A stretch of DNA of 64,000 nucleotides from Truepera sp. (GCA_965218435.1 CBDCKW010000009.1:800001-864000); one strand, 5' to 3'; shown: positions 1-11,531, numbered from the stretch's first letter. The notes: generated from the sequence alone by a model not told the origin. Numbers and translations are program-made.

Positions 1-454
1 TGCGAAACGGATTGGGTGCTGTTACCGGACGCCAAAGCCGCCGCATCAGCTCCGCCGCTATGCGGGTATGGGTTTCGTCTTCTTCCGGTGTCCAGAGTTC
101 TTGCAGCGAAACACCGGGTGTGATGCGCTCTAAAAGCAACGCACTCACACTGTCATCTCGTTCTAAAAGCCGACAGATACCGTCGCCGTTGTAATAATTT
201 AGAGCTTCGCCTTCACGAATCATTTCGTCAGTGGGTGGGCTCAGTTTGAGGATGCAAGGGATTTTATCAGCACGCTCGGCATAAGCCACGATGTTGTAAG
301 AGAGTTGCGGGACGAGGCCGGTGACGCGGATATGCCAGCGGGACTCGAGCCCCGCTAAAATCTCAGGCAGCGTTTCTAACCACACGTCAGCGTCGTCGTG
401 AATATCCCGTAGCGCCTGAACTAAATTGGGCGGCAGCGTCAAAGAGTCAGCCAT
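1..454 (-). CDS. Aminoglycoside/hydroxyurea kinase family protein (APH(6)-like), runs off window edge
   Basis: Manual translation from ATG at 454 (overlaps gluQ stop): MADSLTLPPNLVQALRDIHDDADVWLETLPEILAGLESRW...CILKL...EGEALNYYNGDGICRLLERD...LLLERITPG. Not in the ORF track because it is truncated. Confidence 0.8.
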   Translation of the reverse strand, partial: MADSLTLPPNLVQALRDIHDDADVWLETLPEILAGLESRWHIRVTGLVPQLSYNIVAYAERADKIPCILKLSPPTDEMIREGEALNYYNGDGICRLLERDDSVSALLLERITPGVSLQELWTPEEDETHTRIAAELMRRLWRPVTAPNPFR

Positions 455-1412
455 AAAGCCACGCTAACAGGTCGTCAGTCAGCCTGAAGGGTTTTTTACG
501 AATCAAACTAAGGTCAAACGCCTCGGTGAAATCGTTGACGTGAGCCTCAGCTGGTTTTTCGGTAAGCCCCGCTGTGAAAGCCAAAAGTCCGATAACCCGC
601 TCCGGTTTTACGCCCGCTTCTTTAAGTGAGGTCAGCGTCAGTGAACCTCTGCGTTTGGCGAGCCTCGAGCCGTCTGTATCTAGTAAAAGTGGCACATGTG
701 CGAACGTCGGCGGCTCAGCGTCCAACGCTTTATAAAGCAAAAGCTGCGCCCCGGTGCTCGGTAATAAGTCGTCACCGCGCAGGACGTGGGTGATGTCCAT
801 TGCGATGTCGTCCACCACAACTGCCAGCTGATACGCCCACTCGCCGTCGGCGCGGCGCACGATGAAGTCGCCGGTGTCCTGGGCCGGATTTAAGGTGACG
901 TTGCCCAACACTTCGTCATAAAAGGTCAGGGTTTGCGGTTTTATGGCGAACCGTGAGCTGGGCGTTTTGCCTTCACGCTGTTTCTGCTCTTTGACCCGTT
1001 CATTCAGCTCTCTTTGCGACTCGCCGTAAACAAAACCTACACCGTGCGGCGCACTGGCGATATTCTGCAAATCTTCCCGTAAATCTTTGCGTGAAAGGTA
1101 GCATTCAAAAAGGTGGCCCGAAGCTTGAAGTGTCGTAAGCGCCTCTTGATAAAGCCCAAACCGCTCGCTCTGCCGGTACGGGGCATAAGGCCCGCCGACA
1201 TCCGGCCCTTCGTCCCAGCTAAGCCCTAACCAACGCAACTCGTCCAAATTGGCCTGAACGAACTCCGGGCGGCTCCGCTGTGAGTCTAAATCTTCAACCC
1301 GCATGACAAACTGACCGTTTCGTGCCTTGGCCTGCCAATAGGCTAACAGCGCGGTGCGGGCGTTGCCCAAATGAAGCTGTCCGGTAGGGGAGGGAGCGTA
1401 ACGTCCGCGCAC
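447..1412 (-). CDS. gluQ: Glutamyl-Q tRNA(Asp) synthetase
   Basis: RYAPSPTGQLHLGN (HIGH-like), RVEDLD, YQLAVVVDD, RLAKR (KMSKS-like); 321 aa with no anticodon-binding domain. Confidence 0.9.
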   Translation of the reverse strand: MRGRYAPSPTGQLHLGNARTALLAYWQAKARNGQFVMRVEDLDSQRSRPEFVQANLDELRWLGLSWDEGPDVGGPYAPYRQSERFGLYQEALTTLQASGHLFECYLSRKDLREDLQNIASAPHGVGFVYGESQRELNERVKEQKQREGKTPSSRFAIKPQTLTFYDEVLGNVTLNPAQDTGDFIVRRADGEWAYQLAVVVDDIAMDITHVLRGDDLLPSTGAQLLLYKALDAEPPTFAHVPLLLDTDGSRLAKRRGSLTLTSLKEAGVKPERVIGLLAFTAGLTEKPAEAHVNDFTEAFDLSLIRKKPFRLTDDLLAWLYG

Positions 1413-1417
1413 GAGCG

Positions 1418-3463
1418 TTAGCTCCCCAATACGCTCTGTAAAAAGCTCCAGATGTCGGTCTGTTCTTCAATCAGGATTTTGGTCGGTTTGCCCTGACCGT
1501 GCCCTGCTTTGGTCTGAATCCGAATGAGCGCGGGGTTGTCGCAACGCTGCACAGCTTGGAGCGCAGCGGCAAACTTGAACGAGTGGGCCGGGACTACACG
1601 GTCGTCAAAATCGCCGGTCGTAATTAAAGTCGGCGGATAACATTGAGGCTCGAGGTTATGCAGCGGCGAATAGGCGTAGAGTGCCGGAAACTCACTTTCT
1701 ACCTCTGCCGACCCGTAATCCGACGTCCACGCCCAACCGATGGTAAAACGGTGAAACCGGAGCATATCGAGCACGCCGACAGCCGGAAGGCACGCGCCGA
1801 ACAGCTCGGGCCGCTGCGTCATACACGCGCCGACCAAGAGCCCGCCGTTCGACCCGCCCTGAATAGCGAGTTTGGGGCTCGAGGTCACTCCCTCAGCAAT
1901 TAAGTGTTCAGCGCAGGCGATAAAATCGTCGAAGACGTTTTGTTTGCGTTCTTTCGTCCCGGCTTCGTGCCAGCCGGTGCCGTATTCGCCGCCCCCGCGC
2001 AAGTTCGCCACTGCCAGCACACCGCCGTGCTCCAACCACACCAACCGGCTGACCGAAAACTCAGGCGTCAGCGAGATGTTAAAGCCGCCGTAACCGTAAA
2101 GTAGCGTCGGGTTTTGGCCGTCGTGCTCGAGCCCCTTTTGATGGACTAAAAACAGCGGGACGCGGGTGCCGTCTTTGCTGGTCGCAAAGGTTTGCCGGAC
2201 GGTATAAGCGTCGGCGTCGAAGTTCAAAGTCGGAGAGCCCAGCTTTTGTGATTCGCCGGTGCTCAGCTCGAAATGGAAATTCTGGGATGGTTCTAAAAAG
2301 CTCGTAAAGCTATAAAACAGCTCGGTGCCGCTGCGTTCAGCGTTCAGCGCCTCGACCGAACCGAGACCGGGCAGCTCGATTTTGCCTAAAGCCGTACCAT
2401 CCGTGCGGTAACGCCCGAGCCGGTGGCTGGCGTCGTGTAGATAAAGGCAGATGAACTCGTCTTGGAGCATGGCAGTTTGCTCGAGGGTGTCCGCCGCTTC
2501 CGGCACGACTTCCGTCCAATTCGCCGGGTCGGGGTTCTCCAGGTCAACCGCAACAATCCGCCCTTGGTCGGCCCCGTCGTCGGTCTGCAAATAGAACGTC
2601 TCGCCGTCGTTCCCCAAAAACAGATACTCAGCCCGAAACTCGCCAATGAGTTCGGTAAACGCATCTTCAGAGCCGAGTTCACGAATGAACAGCAAGTTTT
2701 TGTTGAGTGTTCCCAGACCGATATGCAAGATTAAGTAGCGGTCATCGTCGCTGACGATAGGATAAAAGCTCCACTCGGGCCTGTCGGGTCGGCTGTAGAC
2801 GAGCGGGTCGTCCTCTAGCGGCGTACCCAGCGTGTGCAAAAAAAGCTCCGGGGCTTCGTTTTTCGTCACGAATGCGTCGTCCGCTTGAGGCTCCGTGTAA
2901 CGTTTGTACAGAAAGCTCGAGCTGTCCGGTAGCCACGTGGCCCCGGAAAACTTGCTCCACGGCAGTACGTCGGCAAGGTCTTCGCCCGTTTCGATGTCCT
3001 TGACAAACCACGTCTGCCAGTCCGACCCGCTCTGCGACGTGGCGTAGGCGAGGTGCCGCCCGTCCGGACTAACTGAAAGCATCCGCAACGAGACGGTGCC
3101 GTCGTCTGACAGTGTATTGGGGTCGAGCAGCACGCGGCCCTCGGCTGCGGGTACGTCCATCACGAAGAGCACGTCTTGGTTTTGCAACCCGGTATTGCGA
3201 AACTGAAAGTAGCGCCCACCTTTGGAGAACGGCGCGTACTGTTTCGGATAGTTCCACAGCTCGGTCAGACGGGCTTTGATTGCTTCACGCTCGGGGATAG
3301 CTGCTAAGTAACTCTCAGTCAGGGCATTTTGCGCTTCGATCCACGTGCGGACTTCAGGCGTGCTGGCGGGTTGCTCGAGCCACCGGTAAGGGTCACGAAC
3401 CGTCACGCCGTGGTAATCATCAGTTTGTTCGACCGTTTTGGTTTCGGGATAACTAGGCTTCAT
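1418..3463 (-). CDS. Prolyl oligopeptidase (S9A)
   Basis: DPYRWLE N-terminus, GGSNGG nucleophile, DDRV Asp, AGHG His; start moved to ATG 3463 (TACCTT -10 box 5 nt upstream). Confidence 0.93.
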   Translation of the reverse strand: MKPSYPETKTVEQTDDYHGVTVRDPYRWLEQPASTPEVRTWIEAQNALTESYLAAIPEREAIKARLTELWNYPKQYAPFSKGGRYFQFRNTGLQNQDVLFVMDVPAAEGRVLLDPNTLSDDGTVSLRMLSVSPDGRHLAYATSQSGSDWQTWFVKDIETGEDLADVLPWSKFSGATWLPDSSSFLYKRYTEPQADDAFVTKNEAPELFLHTLGTPLEDDPLVYSRPDRPEWSFYPIVSDDDRYLILHIGLGTLNKNLLFIRELGSEDAFTELIGEFRAEYLFLGNDGETFYLQTDDGADQGRIVAVDLENPDPANWTEVVPEAADTLEQTAMLQDEFICLYLHDASHRLGRYRTDGTALGKIELPGLGSVEALNAERSGTELFYSFTSFLEPSQNFHFELSTGESQKLGSPTLNFDADAYTVRQTFATSKDGTRVPLFLVHQKGLEHDGQNPTLLYGYGGFNISLTPEFSVSRLVWLEHGGVLAVANLRGGGEYGTGWHEAGTKERKQNVFDDFIACAEHLIAEGVTSSPKLAIQGGSNGGLLVGACMTQRPELFGACLPAVGVLDMLRFHRFTIGWAWTSDYGSAEVESEFPALYAYSPLHNLEPQCYPPTLITTGDFDDRVVPAHSFKFAAALQAVQRCDNPALIRIQTKAGHGQGKPTKILIEEQTDIWSFLQSVLGS

Positions 3464-3493
3464 GGCCCAAGGTATCACGGGTTTTGGCGTGCG

Positions 3494-4135
3494 TTAGTGG
3501 GTTGTCCCGGCTGCGAGTTTGAGGTCGGGCGACGGGTCACAACTCAGAGCCAAACAGATTTCTACAGCCTGTACCAGCAGCTCTAAACCGAGGCTTGGCG
3601 CACTGTGCCGCGCGGCTTGTTCGGGCAAAAAAGGGACGTGAACGAATCCGCCTCTAGTTTTAGGATAGTGAAGCGCCAACGTATGCAACAGCCCGTACAT
3701 CACATGATTACAGACAAACGTTCCGGCACTCTGGCTGACATGTGCGGGAATCCCGGCGTCTAAAAGAGCTTTAAGGGTTCGTTTGAGCGGCAAGGTACTG
3801 AAATACGCGGCCGCTGCGCCTTTGATAACCGGCGTATCCATGGGTTGCTGACCGGCGTTGTCAGGGATGCGGGCATCATTCAAGTTGAGGGCGACGCGCT
3901 CGAGCGACACCAGTGCCCGCCCACCGGCTTGTCCGAGTCCCAGCACAATATCTGGCTTAAACATTTCCAAAGCTTGCTCGAGTAAGCGTAACGACTCCCC
4001 GAAGACGACCGGCAAGACGAGGCGCTCGAGCTGTACCCCAGGTGGCGGCGAAAGATGCTCCAAAATCCGCATCGTCGGATTGATGGTTTCACCGCCAAAC
4101 GGCTCAAACGCGGTGACGAGAGCGCGGGTGGTCAC
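3494..4135 (-). CDS. pcp: Pyroglutamyl-peptidase I
   Basis: VTAFEPFGGETINP, LERVALN, SAGTFVCN (Cys), GFVHVP (His). Confidence 0.93.
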   Translation of the reverse strand: MTTRALVTAFEPFGGETINPTMRILEHLSPPPGVQLERLVLPVVFGESLRLLEQALEMFKPDIVLGLGQAGGRALVSLERVALNLNDARIPDNAGQQPMDTPVIKGAAAAYFSTLPLKRTLKALLDAGIPAHVSQSAGTFVCNHVMYGLLHTLALHYPKTRGGFVHVPFLPEQAARHSAPSLGLELLVQAVEICLALSCDPSPDLKLAAGTTH

Positions 4136-4935
4136 GCCTTATCCTTTTGGAGCAGCTGAATAAGGGCCGAGAGGTCGTCCAATACATAGTCGGGCGAGGT
4201 CTCGCCGATGTCGTCACGGGTAGAGACGCCGGTCAGGACGAGGGCCGTTTGCAGACCTGCTTTGTAAGCCCCGTCAATGTCGGTCTCGAGGCGGTCCCCC
4301 ACCATCAGCGTTTCCGAAGGCTCTGTCCCCAAACGGCGCACCGCTTCCTCGAACATTGCCGGGTGAGGTTTACCGATAACGGTCGGCGTGACGCCCGTCG
4401 CCTGCGTGATGACTGAAAGCACCGCGCCTGCACCGGGCAGCTGTCCAAGTTCTGAGGGGTAAGTGGCGTCGTAGTTCGTTGCCACAAACGCTGCGCCCTG
4501 CCGGACGAGGAGTGCCCCCATCGCCAAGAGGTCGTAACTGAGGCTTTCTCTAACGAGACCGCCAACCACGACGGGCGCGGTTTTCTGCGCCTTCACCTCG
4601 TCCGGGCCGATGAGCTGAAACCCGGCGTCCGTCAGAGCTTGCCGTAAGCCAAGCTCACCTACGGCGTAAACCGTCGTCCCCTCCGGGTAATGCTGCTTTA
4701 AGTAGCCGACAGTAGCAACCGGCGAGGTGAGAACCTGCTCAGGCGTGACTGTTACGCCGAAGCGCCCTAATTTTTGAACGTACTGCTCAGGGGTGTTGGT
4801 GGCGTTGTTGGTCGCTAAGATGAAGGGAAGCTCGAGGTCTGCTAGCGCGTCAAACAACTCTCTCAGGCCGGGAAGCGGCGTGTTGCCGTGCCAGAGCACG
4901 CCGTCCATATCGAGCACGAGGCTGCGGATGGTCAT
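4132..4935 (-). CDS. HAD-IIA (NagD-like) phosphatase
   Basis: LDMDGVLW, TNN, GKP, MVGDRLETDI motifs. Confidence 0.9.
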   Translation of the reverse strand: MTIRSLVLDMDGVLWHGNTPLPGLRELFDALADLELPFILATNNATNTPEQYVQKLGRFGVTVTPEQVLTSPVATVGYLKQHYPEGTTVYAVGELGLRQALTDAGFQLIGPDEVKAQKTAPVVVGGLVRESLSYDLLAMGALLVRQGAAFVATNYDATYPSELGQLPGAGAVLSVITQATGVTPTVIGKPHPAMFEEAVRRLGTEPSETLMVGDRLETDIDGAYKAGLQTALVLTGVSTRDDIGETSPDYVLDDLSALIQLLQKDKA

Positions 4936-5046
4936 AGGGCTGAGTCTACCTTGACAGGTAACGCCAGGTTAGGGTTTTTGAGGTTGAGGTAAGAGCCCAA
5001 GCTACTTTCGCCGGACAACGAATGTTTGACGCTGTACTAGAGGTGG

Positions 5047-5284
5047 TCAAGCGTAAAAAAGTCGCCCTTTGGGTTGCGGTATATCGCGCCCTACTTCTTC
5101 AGCTGTCTCGAGCCACTCCTGAATAACGACTTCGGCATTACTCACAGCTTCGGTGTAAGTTGCGCCGTTGCTTCGCAAACTTCGTACCTGCCGCACAACC
5201 CGGCAACTCTGGAACTTCAGCGATAAACGCGCTATCTTCTTCGCTCCAGTAGATGATGAGTTCGTACCGCAAAGGTTCAGTCAT
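5047..5284 (-). pseudogene. hicB: HicB-family antitoxin disrupted by a 19-bp insertion
   Basis: MTEPLRYELIIYWSEEDSAFIAEVPELPGCAA in one frame, then GATYTEAVSNAEVVIQEWLETAEEVGRDIPQPKGRLFYA* in another; removing 5169-5187 restores CAADGATY. Confidence 0.85.
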
Positions 5285-5631
5285 TAAGTTCCGCTCCTAC
5301 GAGACAAGCTGAGGAAAGCAAGTTCTGCATCTGCGCCAAAAGCCTCAATCATTTGAGTATGGTGTCGGAGAAGCAACTCAACTTCTGCCGTCGAACAGTT
5401 GCCCAAGCGTATCCCAATCACTTTAGGTGGGGCTCCGAAAACAAAGCTCCGCTGATGAAAGTCGATGTCTTTTGAGACGATTGCAAAGCCGTATTTTTTG
5501 GCATAGTCCCACACCACAGTGTCAGCTGCTTCTTTAAGTCCTACGTCCCTTACATGTAACGAACCGGGGAAGAGGTCGCGGAGCGTTTGTGCAAGCCGGT
5601 GCGAAAGGTTTTGGTCAAACAGTAATTTCAC
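5284..5631 (-). CDS. DUF5615-type PIN-like toxin
   Basis: MKLLFDQNLS...HVRDVGL...D..VW.YA...IVSKDIDF...PPKVI. Confidence 0.85.
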   Translation of the reverse strand: MKLLFDQNLSHRLAQTLRDLFPGSLHVRDVGLKEAADTVVWDYAKKYGFAIVSKDIDFHQRSFVFGAPPKVIGIRLGNCSTAEVELLLRHHTQMIEAFGADAELAFLSLSRRSGT

Positions 5632-5639
5632 CCCGTGCT

Positions 5640-5870
5640 TTATGCTGCTGGAGGAATGACCGCAAGTCGCCGCTCACGCTCGGCTGCAAAGGCGATGCAC
5701 GCTTTGAAGTCTTCGCGTGTCAAATCGGGAAAGTCTGCCAAGATTTCGTCTTCGGTCATCTCAGAAGCTAGATAATCGAGTACTTCGTAAACTGTGATTC
5801 GCAACCCCCGCACGCACGGTTTACCGCCGCGTTTGTTGGGATCAATCGTGATGTAGTCCTGATAGTTCAT
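5640..5870 (-). CDS. DUF433 antitoxin
   Basis: ITIDPNKRGGKPCVRGLRITVYEVLDYLASEMTEDEILADFPDL; directly upstream of the PIN gene. Confidence 0.9.
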   Translation of the reverse strand: MNYQDYITIDPNKRGGKPCVRGLRITVYEVLDYLASEMTEDEILADFPDLTREDFKACIAFAAERERRLAVIPPAA

Positions 5871-5969
5871 GGGTAAAGCTTAGGCTTGGCGTTTGTAGAG
5901 GTCAAGTTGGGAGACGTCTCGAGCACCCCCCGAACCTGAGTTTCGGTGGTACCGGGAAACCACTCGAGA

Positions 5970-6359
5970 CTATTTACCACCGAGCTTCAAACTTTCAACT
6001 GCGCCAAAATGCCCGTCACGGCTGATAAGAATAAGACCAAACTGTATGGTAATCGCAGAAATCCAAATATCGTTTTCGGGAATGGGTGTTCCGCCAACCT
6101 TAAGTTGACGCTTGATCTGCCCGTAATGCTTGACCGTGCTGTCGTCACAACGTAAAACGGTATTGCTTTCAGCAAATGCTGCTATACGTGCAACGTTTTC
6201 TTCAACTCGGGCCGAGTTGTGCGCTCCAAAATAAAGTTCGCCCAGAACGATGGAGGGGACGAACACCTCTTCAGTTTCAGCGAGCTTTTCGGTAACAGCC
6301 GGGTCTCCGGCAAATAACGCAATGACGATATTTGTATCGAGCAGAACGCTACCACTCAT
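5970..6359 (-). CDS. vapC: VapC PIN-domain toxin
   Basis: VLLDTNIVI, SIVLGELYFGA, PIPENDIWISA, LISRDGHF; probable start ATG 6359 overlapping the upstream stop. Confidence 0.88.
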   Translation of the reverse strand: MSGSVLLDTNIVIALFAGDPAVTEKLAETEEVFVPSIVLGELYFGAHNSARVEENVARIAAFAESNTVLRCDDSTVKHYGQIKRQLKVGGTPIPENDIWISAITIQFGLILISRDGHFGAVESLKLGGK

Positions 6360-6570
6360 CGGGGTTGATACGCTCACACCCGTCTTTAACAGCCTCTTGC
6401 ATCTGTTCAAGCTCAGCAGGGGAGATGCTTCCGGCAAAGGTCAATAGAGATGCCCCTTTAACCCCTTTAGGCTGATTTAGCGAACGCGCAAACGCCAGGA
6501 CTTTCTGCTGCTCCTCGAGCGGCAGTTCGTTTAACTCAGCAAAGATTTTGGCGGTTATTTGAGTTGCCAT
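6349..6570 (-). CDS. Putative antitoxin cognate to VapC
   Basis: 73 aa, overlaps the vapC start, acidic C-terminus (CERINPDEW), GGGAG SD. Confidence 0.7.
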   Translation of the reverse strand: MATQITAKIFAELNELPLEEQQKVLAFARSLNQPKGVKGASLLTFAGSISPAELEQMQEAVKDGCERINPDEW

Positions 6571-6653
6571 TAGTTATCTCCCACGCAAGCCTAGCAAATA
6601 GGAGCTCGAGCCTCCCGAACAGCTCTACCGGCTTTAGATAATAAGCTTAAAAG

Positions 6654-7013
6654 CTATCCCAACCCCAAGAATGTCAAGCTTAGCAATACTACGAGAATGA
6701 CGCCTCGAATGAGGTGATGACTAAAGGTTGGACGGCCGTGTATCCAGAAACCGTTGGCTATAGCAAGTAGCCATATACCAGTTGCTCCTACAGTGATGAT
6801 TGCTGCATTTTCTGCGGTGTGCGAAATAAGGTAAGCAACTGACCCAACTAGGGTGATCAGAGACAGGAGCAGCCACAGAAACCGCGCCCAGACAGGAACG
6901 GCTTCAAACGCTTGAGACTTCTGGGAAGTCTCGGACTTTCTTAGCTGAGCCAAAGAAGGGCCACCATGAAGTGCTGCGAACAAGATACCCACCACTCCGG
7001 CTACAACGTTCAT
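6654..7013 (-). CDS. Hypothetical small membrane protein (about 4 TM)
   Basis: Hydrophobic segments, GGAGG SD. Confidence 0.65.
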   Translation of the reverse strand: MNVVAGVVGILFAALHGGPSLAQLRKSETSQKSQAFEAVPVWARFLWLLLSLITLVGSVAYLISHTAENAAIITVGATGIWLLAIANGFWIHGRPTFSHHLIRGVILVVLLSLTFLGLG

Positions 7014-7042
7014 GGCAACCTCCGACTAGAAGTTATAAGCTA

Positions 7043-7261
7043 TCAAATCAACAGTTGTGTCATGCATTTATGGCGTATCGCTGCCTGAACCTGCGTTTTA
7101 GAGATGCCGGGAAACGGCTCGAGAAACTTATCTACGGTTGCACCATCTTCCAGGTTTTCAAAAAGGGCTCTGACCGGAACCCTCGAGCCCTTAAACATCC
7201 AAGCCCCACTGACTTTTTGAAGGTCGCGTTCTACTGCAGAGCAGCTTGACCAATCGAGCAT
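7043..7261 (-). CDS. DUF433 protein with no adjacent toxin
   Basis: WSSCSAVERD..KVSGAWMFKGSRVPVRALFENLEDGATVDKFLEPFPGI. Confidence 0.8.
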   Translation of the reverse strand: MLDWSSCSAVERDLQKVSGAWMFKGSRVPVRALFENLEDGATVDKFLEPFPGISKTQVQAAIRHKCMTQLLI

Positions 7262-7356
7262 GTCGTCACCAACCTCGAGAAATAGTATAGGACGGGGAAA
7301 GGGGCTCGAGCCTTTTGAATTTGTCGTGGGGTGACACCTAGAAGTTACTGGGGCAT

Positions 7357-9137
7357 CTATATCTGTTTGGTTCTGAACGCTTCAAGTTCAGATAACAATT
7401 CAAGTAAATCTTGTGGTATCTCGTTTCTATGCATTGCCTCAACTATTCTAGCATTGGTGAGAGATATACCGAACTCTTGATATTTGGTGCGTAGTTCAGC
7501 CAGGACTTCTTTCCCTGATACAAGTTTCATACGTGTATCTAGGTCTTCCCACTGGGCATCAACTTTCTCAAGGGTTTCCTGATGAATAGTTGAAGAGTCT
7601 TTTTTGTTGGATCGAAAATAGTTTTCACGTTCTTTGAGCAGCTGAGCAACGACATGATTTTTTTGGAGTCTGTGATGTTGCGGAGTAAATCCTGCATGTC
7701 AGGAACTGGCTGGAGTTCCTCGTTAGCTCGAGCAGCACGTTCAGCTACAGCTCGTTTAACTGCTCTATCAAGTACGGAAGGGATAAGTAGATAGTTCTCG
7801 ATTTCCTTGCGTTCATGAACGTGCGCTACCACAAGATTCTTTTTGAGAGAAGAGCTTATGTGTTCGATTTCTTCGTCACAATGAAAGTCTTTATCGTAGA
7901 TGGCTCCGATATGTAACTTCGTTCCTAATGCATCCTCGATACCTTCGGCAAGTGTAGTCACTTTTTGCCATGAGCCGAATCCTCCAGATTCGAGCGCAGT
8001 GATACCAAGTCCAGAGGAAAGTTCTGTAAGCCCAATTTTCTTTGCAATACGTCGCAGCAGACGAAAATCGCTATCGCCTTCAATAAACAAAATTTTCCTG
8101 TTTCGTGCCAGTGCTGTCAGAGTGATGTTTTGAATCGAACCTACTGTAGCTAGTGCTCTCTGAACTCCTGTAATATCACGTAAGCGTTCTGCACGTTGTT
8201 TCTTTTTGTCAATTAGTAAAATTTCGGTGGGGTCAGCTTCAGCCATAATTTCTGTCGAATGTGTGGCTAGTAAGATATCTGGCCCAGCTTCACGAAGCAA
8301 ACCTAACAGTTGTCTTTGGACATCTGGATGCAAGTAAACTTCGGGCTCGTCAACAATAAGTAATGAACTATGCCTTGATCGAGACACGTGAGTAAGTAAT
8401 TGACACCAAACTTGAAAACCAAAACCGGCCCAATAGAGTTCACGTGTGATACGGTTCTCGAGGCAAAACATCGCTAGTTCACCGTTGATTGGGTCTGCAA
8501 GTTCGGGCGGCTGAATTTCCATTCCAGGCCAGGTAGTTGCAACTAAGTCGGCAAACTCAGAGAATCCTTGGGGAAAGTGATTCCAATAGCTTCTGAAGTG
8601 GCGAGAAGCTCTGTGTGTGCTAAGACCGGCAACAACAGTGTCTTTCTCGCGCTGCTTTTCTCTATGCTCTACAGGACCAAGTACGGGCACTACTGTTATG
8701 TCCAAAGGAAAGTGTTTTCGGAAGCTGCTAGGAGACGTGACAAGTGAACCATCCCTACTTTTTGGGATTAGATAGCAACCTCCAGTTCGAGGAAAAATCA
8801 ATTTCAGACGTGAGCCATTACTGAGATTGAAGCTGATAAAAGTATCTGCGTTTGAGTAATCAGTGTGAACGTTTTCAAGAGAAATCGGAAGGAGTTCGTT
8901 CTTGATAATATATCCACTAAGAATTTCTTCGTCAGATACGCGAACTCTTTCGGCAGATTTAGATCGAGCGACGCGAAGCCCAGCCGCAAGAGTCCGAAAA
9001 GCGCCCAGTATTGTTGATTTACCAGAGTTGTTAGGGCCAACTAGCAAATTTATACGATCAAGAGAAAGCGTGTAGTTTGCGAATGCTTTGAACTGACTAA
9101 ATGTTACTGTTGTCAATCGGGCGTTTACTTCGGGCAC
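7357..9137 (-). pseudogene. OLD-like ABC-ATPase + TOPRIM nuclease, frameshifted at an A7 run (7658-7664)
   Basis: Walker A GPNNSGKS, IVDEPEVYLHP, ATHS, TOPRIM LFIEGDSD / YDKD / EIENYL. Track ORF is 7539-9137; adding one A at the A7 run extends a protein-like frame (NHVVAQLLKERENYF...MKLVSGKEVLAELR...KQI*) to 7357. Visibly AT-richer than its flanks. Confidence 0.78.
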
Positions 9138-9229
9138 GTACTAGTTTACCTGCTCCGAATTGTATAGATGGCATAATTTTCTTACCAAAGCGGTATGCCA
9201 TCCATCCTGTACAGCGTGAAATTTAGTCT

Positions 9230-10164
9230 CTAGGCTAACTCTCTATTCTTCATCGCTCCCATCATCGCCGCCCCCATATCCGTCGGCGTCGGCGCAACCA
9301 CCACCCCGGCGTCTTTTAAGGCCGCCATCTTATCGGCAGCCGTCCCTTTCCCACCCGAGATAATCGCCCCGGCGTGCCCCATACGTTTGCCCGGTGGGGC
9401 CGTCGTCCCGGCGATAAAGCCCGCCACGGGTTTGGTCATGTTGGCTTTGATCCAGGCGGCGGCTTCTTCCTCGGCGGTGCCGCCGATTTCACCGATCATC
9501 ACCACGCCTTCGGTTTCCGGGTCGTCGTTAAACATTTTCAAGACGTCTACAAAGTTGGTGCCGTTTACGGGGTCGCCGCCGATACCCACAGCGGTCGTCT
9601 GGCCGAGACCGTTTTGGGTGAGCTGATGCACCGCTTCGTAGGTCAGCGTACCCGAGCGCGAGACGACGCCGATTTTACCTGCCTGATGGATGTATCCGGG
9701 CATAATCCCAATTTTGCATTCGTGCGGGGTAATGACGCCGGGACAATTTGGCCCGATGAGGCGGACATGTTTGTCCTCTAAATATCTTTTGACCCGGACC
9801 ATATCCATAATGGGAATGAGTTCAGTTATACAAACGATAAGTGGAATTTCGCTTTCTGCAGCTTCCATAATAGCGTCAGCAGCAAAAGCTGGGGGAACAT
9901 AGATAGCCGAGGCATTTGCACCCGTCGCTTCTACAGCTTCTCTAACGGTATCAAAGCTAGGTACATCTACATCGTACGTGTCGCTGCGGCCAGGTACGCC
10001 GCTGTGGTCAGTTTCACCCTCGAAGTGGACTGTCTGTCCCCCCTTACCGGGCCGAACCGCGCCGACAACCTGTGTACCGTATGCAATCGCTTTGTCTGTG
10101 TGAAAAGTTCCTGCTTCGCCGAGACCTTGGACGATAACTTTTGTATCTCTATTAACTAAAATGC

Positions 10165-10168
<4 letters not shown>
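9230..10168 (-). CDS. sucD: Succinyl-CoA ligase alpha subunit
   Basis: [29 protein letters not shown] phospho-His motif. Confidence 0.95.
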
Positions 10169-11391
<1,223 letters not shown>

Positions 11392-11531
11392 CTTTGCCTC
11401 CAGTGGTATCGGTATAAGTGAGCTGTTCTCATCCGCTTTAGCCTACCGCGTCGCGTGGACGGCTGCCACACGCCCGCTTCCCTTCTGTACACATCAAGAC
11501 TCGAGCTTGAGCGGCGGGTATGCTGTTGGCT

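Noticed and set aside
7357..9137. Assignment to Gabija, PARIS, Septu or retron systems
   Set aside because: Required partner genes (UvrD helicase, AriB, HNH, RT) are not adjacent.
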